40,183 bases of DNA from Verrucomicrobiota bacterium (GTDB lineage Bacteria > Verrucomicrobiota > Lentisphaeria > Lentisphaerales > Lentisphaeraceae). Numbering within the stretch: the first letter of the stretch is position 1; each line of letters starts with the position of its first letter. Below are positions 17,362-29,780 of this stretch, piece after piece. The DNA lies in contig JBDKFG010000044.1 in assembly GCA_039798785.1 (NCBI GenBank), forward strand, positions 1 through 40,183, read 5' to 3'. Position numbers and translations under genes: made by a program. The notes beneath the pieces were generated by a model. It did no database searches and was not told the origin of the DNA. It saw nothing but the letters and a program-made list of their open reading frames with translations.

Positions 17362-17400
17362 AACACAGCCGGCGGGACGCCGGCGATCCAGTAGGGGAAC
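17362..17400 (-). repeat. 39-bp REP-like inverted repeat, right copy
   Basis: AACACAGCCGGCGGGACGCCGGCGATCCAGTAGGGGAAC, 3 nt from the uvrA stop. Confidence 0.9.
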
Positions 17401-17403
17401 GGG

Positions 17404-20754
<3,351 letters not shown>

Positions 20755-20806
20755 GGGAGTGGAACCGGGTTGCGGGGTTACGGGGTTTGAAGTCGAGGGA
20801 CTTGAA

Positions 20807-20871
20807 CCTGGGAGCGCCGGCTGCCAGCCGGTCTTGTTCCAGTACGTTGCGATCGCCGCGAACTTACTCCG
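20807..20871 (+). repeat. 65-bp direct repeat, copy A
   Basis: CCTGGGAGCGCCGGCTGCCAGCCG...TTCCAGTACGTTGCGATCGCCGCGAACTTAC aligns with 22650-22714 with few differences. Confidence 0.85.
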
Positions 20872-20909
20872 GATCAGCGCCGCGTGAAGGCTGGGTAGTG
20901 TTAAGGAAA

Positions 20910-21203
20910 TCAAGTGAGACGAGATTTCCAGTAGTCAGGATTGCGGTGCAGATGCATGATGGCGAGAATTTCGATGCCTTGGTCATGCCATTGATAAATC
21001 ACGGCATAAGGGAAGCGAGGGACTAGGCAGCGACGGATCTCTCCCGTCAATTGCGGCCAGGCGAAGGGGTGCTGATCGAGAAGGGAAAGGACTTCCTGAA
21101 ATGACCGTGAGAATTTATGGCCGAGACCGACCTGGCAGTGTTCGTAGTACTCCACCGCCTCCCACAGCTCGACTTCCGCTGCAGGGTGATAGATCAAGGT
21201 CAT
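20910..21203 (-). CDS. RelE/ParE-family type II toxin
   Basis: HPAAEVELWEAVEYYE...GLG...IRRCLVPRFPYAVIY...ILAIMHLHRNPDYW. Confidence 0.92.
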   Translation of the reverse strand: MTLIYHPAAEVELWEAVEYYEHCQVGLGHKFSRSFQEVLSLLDQHPFAWPQLTGEIRRCLVPRFPYAVIYQWHDQGIEILAIMHLHRNPDYWKSRLT

Positions 21204-21424
21204 GGAGCGAAACGCTGTTGGAGTCGTTGCAAGACCAGGTCGCCAGGCACGCCTTGAACGCGTCCGGATCGCAGATCTTCAGCGCGCCGGACGGCCTCTT
21301 GGGACCATGCGGCATCAATGGCGGAGTCAGGCCGATGCAAGCTGCGCAACAGCGCGTCTGTCAATTGAAGGCGATCGGCTTCGGGTAGCTCTACGACTTC
21401 GCGGATCAATTGCTGGGTAGTCAT
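21200..21424 (-). CDS. addiction-module antitoxin (TIGR02574-like)
   Basis: LPEADRLQL...IDAAWSQEAVRR...SG; ATGA overlap with the toxin gene. Confidence 0.9.
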   Translation of the reverse strand: MTTQQLIREVVELPEADRLQLTDALLRSLHRPDSAIDAAWSQEAVRRAEDLRSGRVQGVPGDLVLQRLQQRFAP

Positions 21425-21616
21425 GCAGAAATCCTTATTTCTTGCTTTGAAATTAATCTCAGACCGCAAAAAAAACCAGGGATTTGACCACGATTGCAAC
21501 TCCGGTTTCGCCGCGTGAAGGCTGGCTTGTAAAGATTGGGCGGTTTAGAGATGCAGGAAAAACTTGGCAGTGGATCACACTTAGCCGTAAGTTAGAGCCA
21601 ACGACGGAGGAAATCG

Positions 21617-22174
21617 ATGAACATAAGGCGGGGATCCCTGGTGCTATTTTTAAGCCTGAGCGTTGGAGGCTGTGTGCATGAAGTGACGACGCCATGTACT
21701 GCGCAGGAATTCTTCGTCGCGATCGAGCAGCGGCTGAGTCGTGAAGGTGAACTCATCTGGGAACCTATGCTCTCCATGGACGAGCAAGCTTTTCTGGATC
21801 AAGGATGGATGCGTCCCACCCTGAAATTCGTCGAATCCACAGAGTCACTTAGGCCCAGCCTCTTGGAGGGCAGGCCGATTGACGTCGTTTTCATAGATCC
21901 CAAACTCCTTGGCATTGCTCCCTTGAGTGAGGGAAAGTCCTATCGGTTTGAAATCCGGCCTCTTGAGCCGGGGGCGAAGTTCGAAAATGGCCAGTCCAGC
22001 GCCACACCCGCTGCTCCGAGAGCCAATTATGCGGAGCCTTGGCGACTGATGAAGACAGCATACCGATACAAAGGCTGCATTGAACTGCTGGAGTGCGGAG
22101 AAGGCAGTCAATGGATCTGTATCGCCAAGGAGGAGAAGCTCATCACTCGTCACTCCTACGGCTGGCGGCAATGA
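21617..22174 (+). CDS. hypothetical, probable lipoprotein
   Basis: MNIRRGSLVLFLSLSVGG-C lipobox-like, GGAGG SD. Confidence 0.7.
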   Translation: MNIRRGSLVLFLSLSVGGCVHEVTTPCTAQEFFVAIEQRLSREGELIWEPMLSMDEQAFLDQGWMRPTLKFVESTESLRPSLLEGRPIDVVFIDPKLLGIAPLSEGKSYRFEIRPLEPGAKFENGQSSATPAAPRANYAEPWRLMKTAYRYKGCIELLECGEGSQWICIAKEEKLITRHSYGWRQ

Positions 22175-22575
22175 ATCTCCGCCTTTTCCAGCCTTGCACC
22201 AGCCCGCTCTTGGACGCATTCCGAGGTCTCTTCCTTCATCAGGGAAAAGTGCTGAGCAGCTTTGTCATCGACGAATCCCCTCAGGCCAAACTGGCTTTGA
22301 CCCGGACCACAAAAAAGCTCTATCTCTGCATCGACGAAAATGGAGATGGGTTTCAAGTCAGCGAGGCAGTGGAACCCCACGAAGCTTTGAGCTTCGTCCG
22401 GCGACTCCGCTCCAGCAAAGGCGGGCAGGGTCAGCTCGGTCCTTGGCATTATGAGATCCGCGTGGAGAATGGGCTGGAGCTCTATCTCAAAAGTCGCTTC
22501 AATTTTGGCGGCATTGTTTTGGAAAATAAGGTTTTTCTTGGACGGTCGCGGTCGATCTCGAAGAGTGGCTGCTGA
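22171..22575 (+). CDS. hypothetical protein
   Basis: ATGA overlap with the upstream gene, 134 aa. Confidence 0.6.
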   Translation: MNLRLFQPCTSPLLDAFRGLFLHQGKVLSSFVIDESPQAKLALTRTTKKLYLCIDENGDGFQVSEAVEPHEALSFVRRLRSSKGGQGQLGPWHYEIRVENGLELYLKSRFNFGGIVLENKVFLGRSRSISKSGC

Positions 22576-22649
22576 AATACGGGTCTGAGCTTCCGACGGC
22601 GGGTCATCAGGACGATCGTCGCGGATGAGGGTCACTCATCCTTGCTGAG

Positions 22650-22714
22650 CCTGGGAGCGACGGCTGCCAGCCGCTTGCCTTCCAGTTCGTTGCGTTCACC
22701 GCGAACTTACGCCG
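22650..22714 (+). repeat. 65-bp direct repeat, copy B
   Basis: CCTGGGAGCGACGGCTGCCAGCCG...TTCCAGTTCGTTGCGTTCACCGCGAACTTAC. Confidence 0.85.
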
Positions 22715-22813
22715 AAGCTGGGAGCGCGCCAGCCCTCCGGCGCTTTGCGCTTTCCTTCGCGGCCGTGTCGCGATTTCCCGGCTATATTCCAACAAAACCC
22801 AAGAGCGCCTCCG

Positions 22814-24499
22814 ATGACCAAGAAACCCCGGCTCGACACCTCCTGCTCCCGTTTCCGCGGCCTCCGCGAAAGCGGTTGCTACCTGATCGATAAATCGCTC
22901 TTCATTCAAGATCTGGTCGATGCGGAGCAGTCCCTCGTCATCCCCCGTCCCCGCCGCTTCGGCAAGACCACCAATCTCGACATGGCGGCGGAGTTCTTTG
23001 ACCTCAAGCACTCGGATCAGGCCCAGCTCTTCCAGGGGATGAAGATCCTCGAACATCAAGAGCTCTGCGCCAAGCACATGGGCAAGCACCCGGTGCTGAC
23101 CCTGACTCTGAAAGACTGGCAGTCCTGCGATATCGCCTCGCTCCATCGCCGTCTGGCGATGGAGATGAGCGCCCTGGTCGGGCAGCATCGCGCCGCCTGT
23201 GGTGCCCTCGACAAAGCAGGCCAAGAGATCATCCAGCGCATCTCGAGCAACCAGGCAAGTAGGGAAGATCTGCAAAAGACTCTCGGACTTCTCTGCCAAG
23301 CCTTGACTCTGCACCACAAGATCCAGCCGGTGGTTTTGATCGATGAGTACGACGCGCCGATCCACGCCGCCTACGCAGAAGGGTTTTATCCCGAGGCAAT
23401 CAAGCTTCTACGCCCCTGGCTCTCCTCCATCTTCAAGGACAGCCCCTATGTCTTCAAGGCCTGCCTCACCGGGATCTTGCGGATCTCGCGAGAATCCCTC
23501 TTCTCCGGCCTCAACAATGTCGAGCCCTACACCATCATCAACCGCCGCCACAAAGGCTTCTTCCTCGATAAGTTCGGCTTCACCGAAGAGGAAGTCCGGC
23601 AGATCCTGGTCGACTTCGGCAAGGCGGATTATCTCGAGCCCTGCCGCTCCTGGTACAACGGCTACAAGTTCGGCCCGCACACCATCTACAACCCCTGGTC
23701 GATCACCCATTACGCCAGCTCGGACGAATCCGTGCCGGAAGCCTTCTGGGTCAACACCTCCAGCAACCTGATGATCTGGGAGCAACTCAAGCTGAGCAGC
23801 GACCGGGTCCGCAAGGAGATGATGAGCATCATCGCCGGCGGCAGCGTCCGGCGCTCGATCAACGAAGCCACCTCATTGATCGACCTCCCCTCCTCCGAGG
23901 CGCTCTGGTCGCTGATGCTTTTCGCCGGCTACCTCAAGGCGGATGAATTGATCATTGACGACGAAGGCGTCAGCACCTACAAGCTCGAAATTCCCAATCG
24001 CGAAGTCCAGACCACCTTCCGCACCTTCGTCAACGAAGCCTTCTCCAAGGTCAAGGTCGAACTCGAAGATCTTCCCTTCGCGATGCTCGCCGAGGACCGG
24101 ATCGCGGAATTGCAGGAATCGCTGGAAAGCTACTTCCTCGGCTGCGCCTCCTACTTCGATCTCGGCCAGGTGCCGGAGAACTTCATCCACGGCCTCTTTT
24201 TCGGCATCTGCTCGCACCTGCGCAAGGACTTCGTCATCCTCTCCAACCCTGAAACCGGCAAGGGCCGGGCGGATTTGCTGATGATCCCGCGCGATCCCGC
24301 CCGGAAGCTCAGCGCCAAGCTGATCGAGTTCAAGGTCGCGACCGAGGCGCAGACGATCGAACAGGCGCTCGCCGCCGCCTTCGAGCAGATCGAGAAACGC
24401 GACTACGCCGCCCGCTTGCGGGAAGCGCAATGCGAGCGGGTCCTCAAGCTCGGCATCGCGGTGAAAGGCAAGGCGATCAAGATCGAGTGCCGGAATTGA
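22814..24499 (+). CDS. AAA-ATPase-like domain plus PD-(D/E)XK nuclease (PF09820/PF08011-type)
   Basis: YLIDKS, RPRRFGKT, LIDEYDAP, LTGI, SGLNN, WYNGY, IYNPWS, IPNREV, GRADL...IEFK, QI..RDY. Confidence 0.92.
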   Translation: MTKKPRLDTSCSRFRGLRESGCYLIDKSLFIQDLVDAEQSLVIPRPRRFGKTTNLDMAAEFFDLKHSDQAQLFQGMKILEHQELCAKHMGKHPVLTLTLKDWQSCDIASLHRRLAMEMSALVGQHRAACGALDKAGQEIIQRISSNQASREDLQKTLGLLCQALTLHHKIQPVVLIDEYDAPIHAAYAEGFYPEAIKLLRPWLSSIFKDSPYVFKACLTGILRISRESLFSGLNNVEPYTIINRRHKGFFLDKFGFTEEEVRQILVDFGKADYLEPCRSWYNGYKFGPHTIYNPWSITHYASSDESVPEAFWVNTSSNLMIWEQLKLSSDRVRKEMMSIIAGGSVRRSINEATSLIDLPSSEALWSLMLFAGYLKADELIIDDEGVSTYKLEIPNREVQTTFRTFVNEAFSKVKVELEDLPFAMLAEDRIAELQESLESYFLGCASYFDLGQVPENFIHGLFFGICSHLRKDFVILSNPETGKGRADLLMIPRDPARKLSAKLIEFKVATEAQTIEQALAAAFEQIEKRDYAARLREAQCERVLKLGIAVKGKAIKIECRN

Positions 24500-24728
24500 A
24501 TGAGTCGGGCGAGGCGGGGCCTGTGTTCCAAACCAGCGGTGTGCAGCAAATCGAGAATCATCCGGCGCTCCGGGTTGCAGGTCTCGCTCAAGATCGCCCC
24601 GATTGAAGGAGGATGCAAGAGGACTCCGGCTTGTCACGAGCCCTGGGACTTCTCCTGCTTCTCTCCCAGGTGATGGCGGGACGAAGCGCCAGGGGCGCTT
24701 ATCTTGGGTGAAATCCTCAGGAGCCTCC

Positions 24729-25760
24729 ATGTCCAAGATTCTCGTCACCGGCGCGGCCGGATTCATCGGCAGCCACGTCACCCGCATCCTCATCGCCCGG
24801 GGCGACGAGGTGGTCGGCCTCGACAATCTCAACGACTACTACGATCCCCGCCTCAAGGAGGCGCGGCTGGACTGGATCCGGAGCTCTCCCGGCGCCGAGC
24901 GTTTCCGCTTCGTCAAGGGCGACATCGCCGACAGGGAAATGATGCCGGCGCTCTTCGCCGCCGAGAAGTTCGACGGCGTCGTCCATCTCGCCGCCCAGGC
25001 CGGGGTCCGCCACTCACTCAAGGCGCCTCACGATTACATCGACGCCAACGTCACCGGCTTCCTCAACATCCTCGAAGGCTGCCGCCACAACCCGGTGAAG
25101 CACCTCGTCTACGCCTCGACCAGCTCGGTCTACGGCGCCAACGAGGAAATGCCTTATTCCGAGGAGCACGGCGTCGCCCATCAGCTCTCGCTCTACGCCG
25201 CCACCAAGAAGGCGAACGAATCGATGGCGCATTCCTACAGCCATCTCTTCCGGATTCCCTGCAGCGGCCTGCGTTTCTTCACCGTCTACGGCCCCTGGGG
25301 GCGCCCCGACATGGCGCTCTTCCTCTTCACCAAGGCGATCTCCCGCGGCGAGCCGATCCAGGTCTTCAACCATGGCCGCCACAAGCGCGACTTCACCTTC
25401 GTCGAGGACATTGCCGAAGGCGTCGTCCGGACCCTCGACCGTCCCGCTGCCGGCGACGAAAGCTGGGGCGGCAAGAATCCCTCACCTGCCTCCAGTCGCG
25501 CTCCTTGGCGGATCTTCAACATCGGCAATGCCCAGCCGGTGGAGCTGCTCGATTACATCCGGGCGGTGGAGAAGGCGCTCGGCAAGACCGCGAAGATGGA
25601 ACTCCTGCCTTTGCAGCCCGGCGACGTTCCCGACACCTGGGCCGACAGCTCGTCACTGGTCGAGGCGACCGGTTATCGGCCCGCCACCGACGTCGACGAG
25701 GGGGTCCGCCGTTTCGTCGAATGGTACCAGGACTTCTACGCGCCGCGTTTCGACGCCTGA
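24729..25760 (+). CDS. NAD-dependent epimerase (UDP-glucuronate 4-epimerase type)
   Basis: GAAGFIG, DNLNDYYD, HLAAQAGVR, YAATK, LRFFTVYGPWGRPDMA, QPGDV. Confidence 0.93.
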   Translation: MSKILVTGAAGFIGSHVTRILIARGDEVVGLDNLNDYYDPRLKEARLDWIRSSPGAERFRFVKGDIADREMMPALFAAEKFDGVVHLAAQAGVRHSLKAPHDYIDANVTGFLNILEGCRHNPVKHLVYASTSSVYGANEEMPYSEEHGVAHQLSLYAATKKANESMAHSYSHLFRIPCSGLRFFTVYGPWGRPDMALFLFTKAISRGEPIQVFNHGRHKRDFTFVEDIAEGVVRTLDRPAAGDESWGGKNPSPASSRAPWRIFNIGNAQPVELLDYIRAVEKALGKTAKMELLPLQPGDVPDTWADSSSLVEATGYRPATDVDEGVRRFVEWYQDFYAPRFDA

Positions 25761-25800
25761 GCTCGGCGCCTGGGGTCCAAGCCTCCGCGATCCACCGCCT

Positions 25801-27213
25801 TCATCCTTCGTCGCTGACTGAAGGCGCCTTGATCGCCTGTTCGAGGAGGTCGAGCTGGTTGTTCCAGGCGGCGACGCCGAGGCGGGTGTTGTGGATGCAG
25901 GGGCTTTCGGCATCGACTTCGCAGGAGCCGTCGAGGCGGGAGCCGCCGCAGGGGCCATGCACCAGCTTCTTCGGGCAGGATTCGAGGCAGACGTATTGGG
26001 TCAGGCGCAGGTCGGTGCGTTGTTCGCCGCCGCAGAGGAATTGCCGCAGCCATTGGCCTTTTCGGCCGGACATGTGTTCGACCTTGAGGAGGCGGGCGAA
26101 GCGGTTGCGCCAGAGCAGGGAGGCGGGCGGGTAGTCGAAGTCGGCTTCGACCATGGCGAATTCGGGCTCGGCGTTTTCGGGTTCGTCGCGGCGGCGTTCG
26201 GCTTGGCGGTAGATGTAGAAGTGGTGGTTGGCGGGGGTCATCGAGATGCCGTGGTGGAAGTCCTTCCAGGCCTCGAGCCAGGCGCCGAAGCTGCTGAATT
26301 GCGCCCGCACCTTGCGGCAGGTGTCGAGGACGGTGGCGGCTTCGGCGGCGTTGCGGAGGCCGCGGATCTGGACGGCGCTGTAGCCCATCAGGGCGCAGCC
26401 GGCGGCCTGGAGGGAGAGGCGTTTGAGCTGCACCGACATGAACTGCGGGCGGCTCTGCATTTCGCGCTGCAGCTGGGCCGCGAAGCCTTGCGAGACGTGG
26501 GCGCCGGGGACGAGTCCGCCGGCGGCGATGCGGGGCACTTCCGCTTCGCCGACGAGGGCGAGGCGGGCGACGATCGGCACCGAGACTTCGCGCAGGCTGC
26601 AGAAGCGGGCGAGCTCGTGATACTTGCGCATGTCCCAGCCGGCCTGGGTGACGATGAAGTCGGCGCCGGCGTTGACCTTGAGGATCATCTTCAGATACTG
26701 GCCGTAGACGTCGTTGACGTTGTATTTGAAGGGATTGACGGCGGCGCCGCAGAACAGCGGCAGGCTGAGGGACTTGCTGCAGCGCAGGGTTTCGACGCCA
26801 TCGACGTGGAGTCGGCCCTGGGCGAGCCAGTGGCCGCTGCAGGCGAAGAAGTTCTTGACTCCTTCGGATGCGTAGGCGGCGAGGGTTTCGGGGAGGCGGC
26901 TGGGGTCGAGGTCGCGTCCGGAGATGGTGGCGACGGGAGACTTGCCGTGGAGTTGGCGGAGCCGCCCGAGGAGGTGGGGTGAGCTGCGTGCGTTCTCGTC
27001 GAAGAGGCGTTCGGTGACGAAGAGGGCGGCGACGTCAGGCTGGGAGGAGCTCCACGAGGCGAGGCCGTCGAGGGCGGCTTGCTGTTCGGCGGCGGCGATG
27101 CCGGGGCAGGGCGGATCGACTTCGAGGATGAAGGCGAAGCGGCCGTCCGAGAAGGCTTGGCGGAGCGGGTTCTCGGGGGTGAAGTCGAACTTGAACTGGG
27201 CGTCGGTTTTCAT
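25801..27213 (-). CDS. MetF-like methylenetetrahydrofolate reductase with a C-terminal Cys-rich (MTHFR_C/MetV-like) domain
   Basis: LEVDPP, KVNAGADFIVTQAGWD, C-terminal CPKKLVHGPCGG...CEV...C. Confidence 0.8.
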   Translation of the reverse strand: MKTDAQFKFDFTPENPLRQAFSDGRFAFILEVDPPCPGIAAAEQQAALDGLASWSSSQPDVAALFVTERLFDENARSSPHLLGRLRQLHGKSPVATISGRDLDPSRLPETLAAYASEGVKNFFACSGHWLAQGRLHVDGVETLRCSKSLSLPLFCGAAVNPFKYNVNDVYGQYLKMILKVNAGADFIVTQAGWDMRKYHELARFCSLREVSVPIVARLALVGEAEVPRIAAGGLVPGAHVSQGFAAQLQREMQSRPQFMSVQLKRLSLQAAGCALMGYSAVQIRGLRNAAEAATVLDTCRKVRAQFSSFGAWLEAWKDFHHGISMTPANHHFYIYRQAERRRDEPENAEPEFAMVEADFDYPPASLLWRNRFARLLKVEHMSGRKGQWLRQFLCGGEQRTDLRLTQYVCLESCPKKLVHGPCGGSRLDGSCEVDAESPCIHNTRLGVAAWNNQLDLLEQAIKAPSVSDEG

Positions 27214-29669
27214 GGTTGTTTCCGGGGCTCCCAGTCCAGTCCTTGCGGCAGCAGTTCGGTGGGGTGGTCGAGCAGGAGCTGCAGGGTGGCGAGGGTGGTG
27301 CCGGCCGGCTGGAGGCAGGGCTTGGAAGGGGAATCCCTGCGGTGGGCGGCGAGCTGCAGAGCCTGCTGGCGGTGGAGGAGGAGGGGCGGATATTCAAATA
27401 GGCAGACACGCCAATTTTTCAAGGGGCAGGAGGCGATCTTGCCGTCCTGGGCTTGTTGGCGGAATCGCGCCAGCGGGACGCGGCTGAGGCTTCGGCTTTT
27501 CAGTCCGATCACCAAGGAGTCCTCACCGATCTCCCAGACGCAGATCCAGGGGGCGAGGCGTTCGTCGCCGAGCTGGGCGATCCAGGAGCGATGGCCGCGC
27601 AGGGTGCCGAGGACTTGGAGGAGGGCGGCGGCCGAGATCTGGCTGGCCTTGCCGGAGGCGAGGGTGTCGGCCGGGAAGCTGAAGGCGCTTCCTTCTTCCA
27701 TCTTGAGGCGCTTGAGGACCGCCTGGACGCAGTCTTCCGGAGATGAGGTCTTGAGATCCTCGGCGGCGAGGCTGCGGAGCTGCTTCAGCTCGAGAAGAAG
27801 GCGGACTTCGTCGCGGTGGACTGCTTGCATCTGGCGCGGGCTGAGATTGGCTGCGAGTGGGTCGAGGATGCCCGGGCCGCGAAGGCCGGAGAAGAGCTGG
27901 CGCAGAGATTGGTCATCAGGCCGCTCGACCAGCTGATCGACGAGAAGCAAGTCGTGTTCGATCAATTCGGCGGCGCCGAGTTGATTGAGGTCCTCCTGGG
28001 CTCTGGCGGCCTCGGCGAAGCGGCCGGAGCGGAGACAGAAGTTGCGCCATTGCGCCAGCGCTTCGGGCTGACCCGGATGGGTGACCAGGTGGCGGCGGCA
28101 GGAGGCGAGGGCCTTGGCGAGGAAATCCTGGCGCAGCTTGTCGTCGGCCGAGATGCGGGACTGGTGTTCGGCCAGGATGCCGGCGTAGAGATGGAAGTGG
28201 CCGTAGTCGGGGGCGAGGGCCTGACCTCTCCGGACCACTTCGATGGCGTCGAAGGGCTGATCGAGGACTTCGATGAGGATGCGGGCGGCCTGGTGCCAGT
28301 AGGCGGGATTGTCGCCGGCTTTTTCGGCCGCCTGGCGCCAGAGGGCTGCGGCTTCGGCGGCATCCTCGCTGCGGCTGGCTTTATGGGCGAGGTAGGCGGC
28401 GCCGTGCTCCTGGCGGAAGTGCTGGAGGGCGCCGGCGAGGATGGCGGCGGCGACGAGGCAGGAGGGCAGGGCGGCGCGGCGCCCACGCGTCTGAGGGAGC
28501 GGGTTCAGGTGGGCGAGGCTTGGCCGGAGGGCGAGGCCGATGAAGATGACGGCGAGGACCGAGCTGGCGCCGCGGCTCATCGGCATGTCGACGAGGCTGC
28601 AGAGGAACATGGCTGCGAGGGCCCAGCGGGGGGCGCCGCAAGCGTGGATCAAGCCGAGGGCGAGGAGGGCGAGGCCGCAGAGGGCCGCGGGGATGCCGAG
28701 CTGCACTGCCCAATGGAGGATTTCATTGTGCGGATGAGGGGAATGCTCGGCATAGTTGCTGCACTGTCCGTGGGCGATGGTGCGTAGAGCCGGCTGGCCC
28801 TTCTGGAAGCTGCCGGGGCCGCCGCCGAGGAGGGGGTTCTCGAGGGTGAGGGCGGCGGCCTGCTTCCAAAGGTGCGGGCGGATCTCGGTGCGGCCGTCCG
28901 GCGCCTGGAACCAGAGCACGGCGACGACGGCGAAAAGGCCTCCGACCAGGGCGACGCGGCGGAGGAGGAGGGGACAGCCCAAGGCGAGCCGGAGGAGGAG
29001 GAGAAGGGCCAGGGCGGCCCAGGCCATGCGGCACTTGCAGCACCAGAGCGCGACGAGGAAGGGCGGCAGACTCAGGAGCAGCGCAGCGGGCCCGGCGAGG
29101 GCGCAGGCGTGTCGGATCGGCAGGACCTTGCGGCACAGGCTCAGGCCTTTGAGGCAGGCTCGCCAGCTGAGCTCGAGACCCCAGGGCAGGGCGGCGAGCA
29201 GGCTGGCGGCGAACCAGTTGGGATTGCCGAACAGTGCCTGGGCGCGGCCGGTCTTGAGGCAGAGGATGAGGTTCAGCCACCAGAAGGAGCCGATGAGCAG
29301 CGTCAGGGCCAGTTCATCGCGTTCAGGCTTGGAGGAGAAGCGGCAGACGGCAAGGGCGAGGCCGCCGCAGAAAGGAGCGGCAAGCAGGGCGGCATCCTCC
29401 ATCGGTCCGGACTTGATCAGCATCGACAGGGCGAGGAGGAAGACCCAGCCGAGAGCGAGAAGGAGGACCGCGAGGCTGCGTCCGCGCCCCTGCCAGGCTT
29501 GGGACGCGAGCACGGCAAGGCCGGCAAGACCGAGCAGGCCGGCGACCGGCCATGCGAAGCTCCACTCCTCCCCGAGGAAGAAGGGCTGGGCGAAATACAG
29601 GCAGAAGGCGGCCAGAAGCCAGAGGAGCGGGCCGGTAAATCGGAGGAAGACGCTGGTTTCGGGGGGCAT
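27210..29669 (-). CDS. O-antigen-ligase (Wzy_C)-family membrane protein with a TPR-like C-terminal region
   Basis: LFGNPNWFA, R..LW, PLLGGGPGSF, HPHNEILH...LGI, many TM segments, TPR-like helices. Confidence 0.85.
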   Translation of the reverse strand: MPPETSVFLRFTGPLLWLLAAFCLYFAQPFFLGEEWSFAWPVAGLLGLAGLAVLASQAWQGRGRSLAVLLLALGWVFLLALSMLIKSGPMEDAALLAAPFCGGLALAVCRFSSKPERDELALTLLIGSFWWLNLILCLKTGRAQALFGNPNWFAASLLAALPWGLELSWRACLKGLSLCRKVLPIRHACALAGPAALLLSLPPFLVALWCCKCRMAWAALALLLLLRLALGCPLLLRRVALVGGLFAVVAVLWFQAPDGRTEIRPHLWKQAAALTLENPLLGGGPGSFQKGQPALRTIAHGQCSNYAEHSPHPHNEILHWAVQLGIPAALCGLALLALGLIHACGAPRWALAAMFLCSLVDMPMSRGASSVLAVIFIGLALRPSLAHLNPLPQTRGRRAALPSCLVAAAILAGALQHFRQEHGAAYLAHKASRSEDAAEAAALWRQAAEKAGDNPAYWHQAARILIEVLDQPFDAIEVVRRGQALAPDYGHFHLYAGILAEHQSRISADDKLRQDFLAKALASCRRHLVTHPGQPEALAQWRNFCLRSGRFAEAARAQEDLNQLGAAELIEHDLLLVDQLVERPDDQSLRQLFSGLRGPGILDPLAANLSPRQMQAVHRDEVRLLLELKQLRSLAAEDLKTSSPEDCVQAVLKRLKMEEGSAFSFPADTLASGKASQISAAALLQVLGTLRGHRSWIAQLGDERLAPWICVWEIGEDSLVIGLKSRSLSRVPLARFRQQAQDGKIASCPLKNWRVCLFEYPPLLLHRQQALQLAAHRRDSPSKPCLQPAGTTLATLQLLLDHPTELLPQGLDWEPRKQP

Positions 29670-29780
29670 GGCAGGATCTTTCGGAAGGGTTGGAAGGGTG
29701 GGAAGTGTGGCGCAGCCGAGTCTTGGGTCAGCGTCCCGCGGCTTGGTTGTTCGCCTTTCCGGCTGCTGCTTTTGAAGCGG

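Noticed and set aside
14620..17400. Possible CRISPR array (palindromic repeats plus a 32-bp match to rhuM)
   Set aside because: Repeats are irregularly spaced, differently oriented and separated by genes; no cas genes; the match extends as a deleted rhuM copy.
20755..20910. LexA/SOS box upstream of uvrA
   Set aside because: Only a TGTTC half-site without a matching GAACA; no recognisable palindrome.
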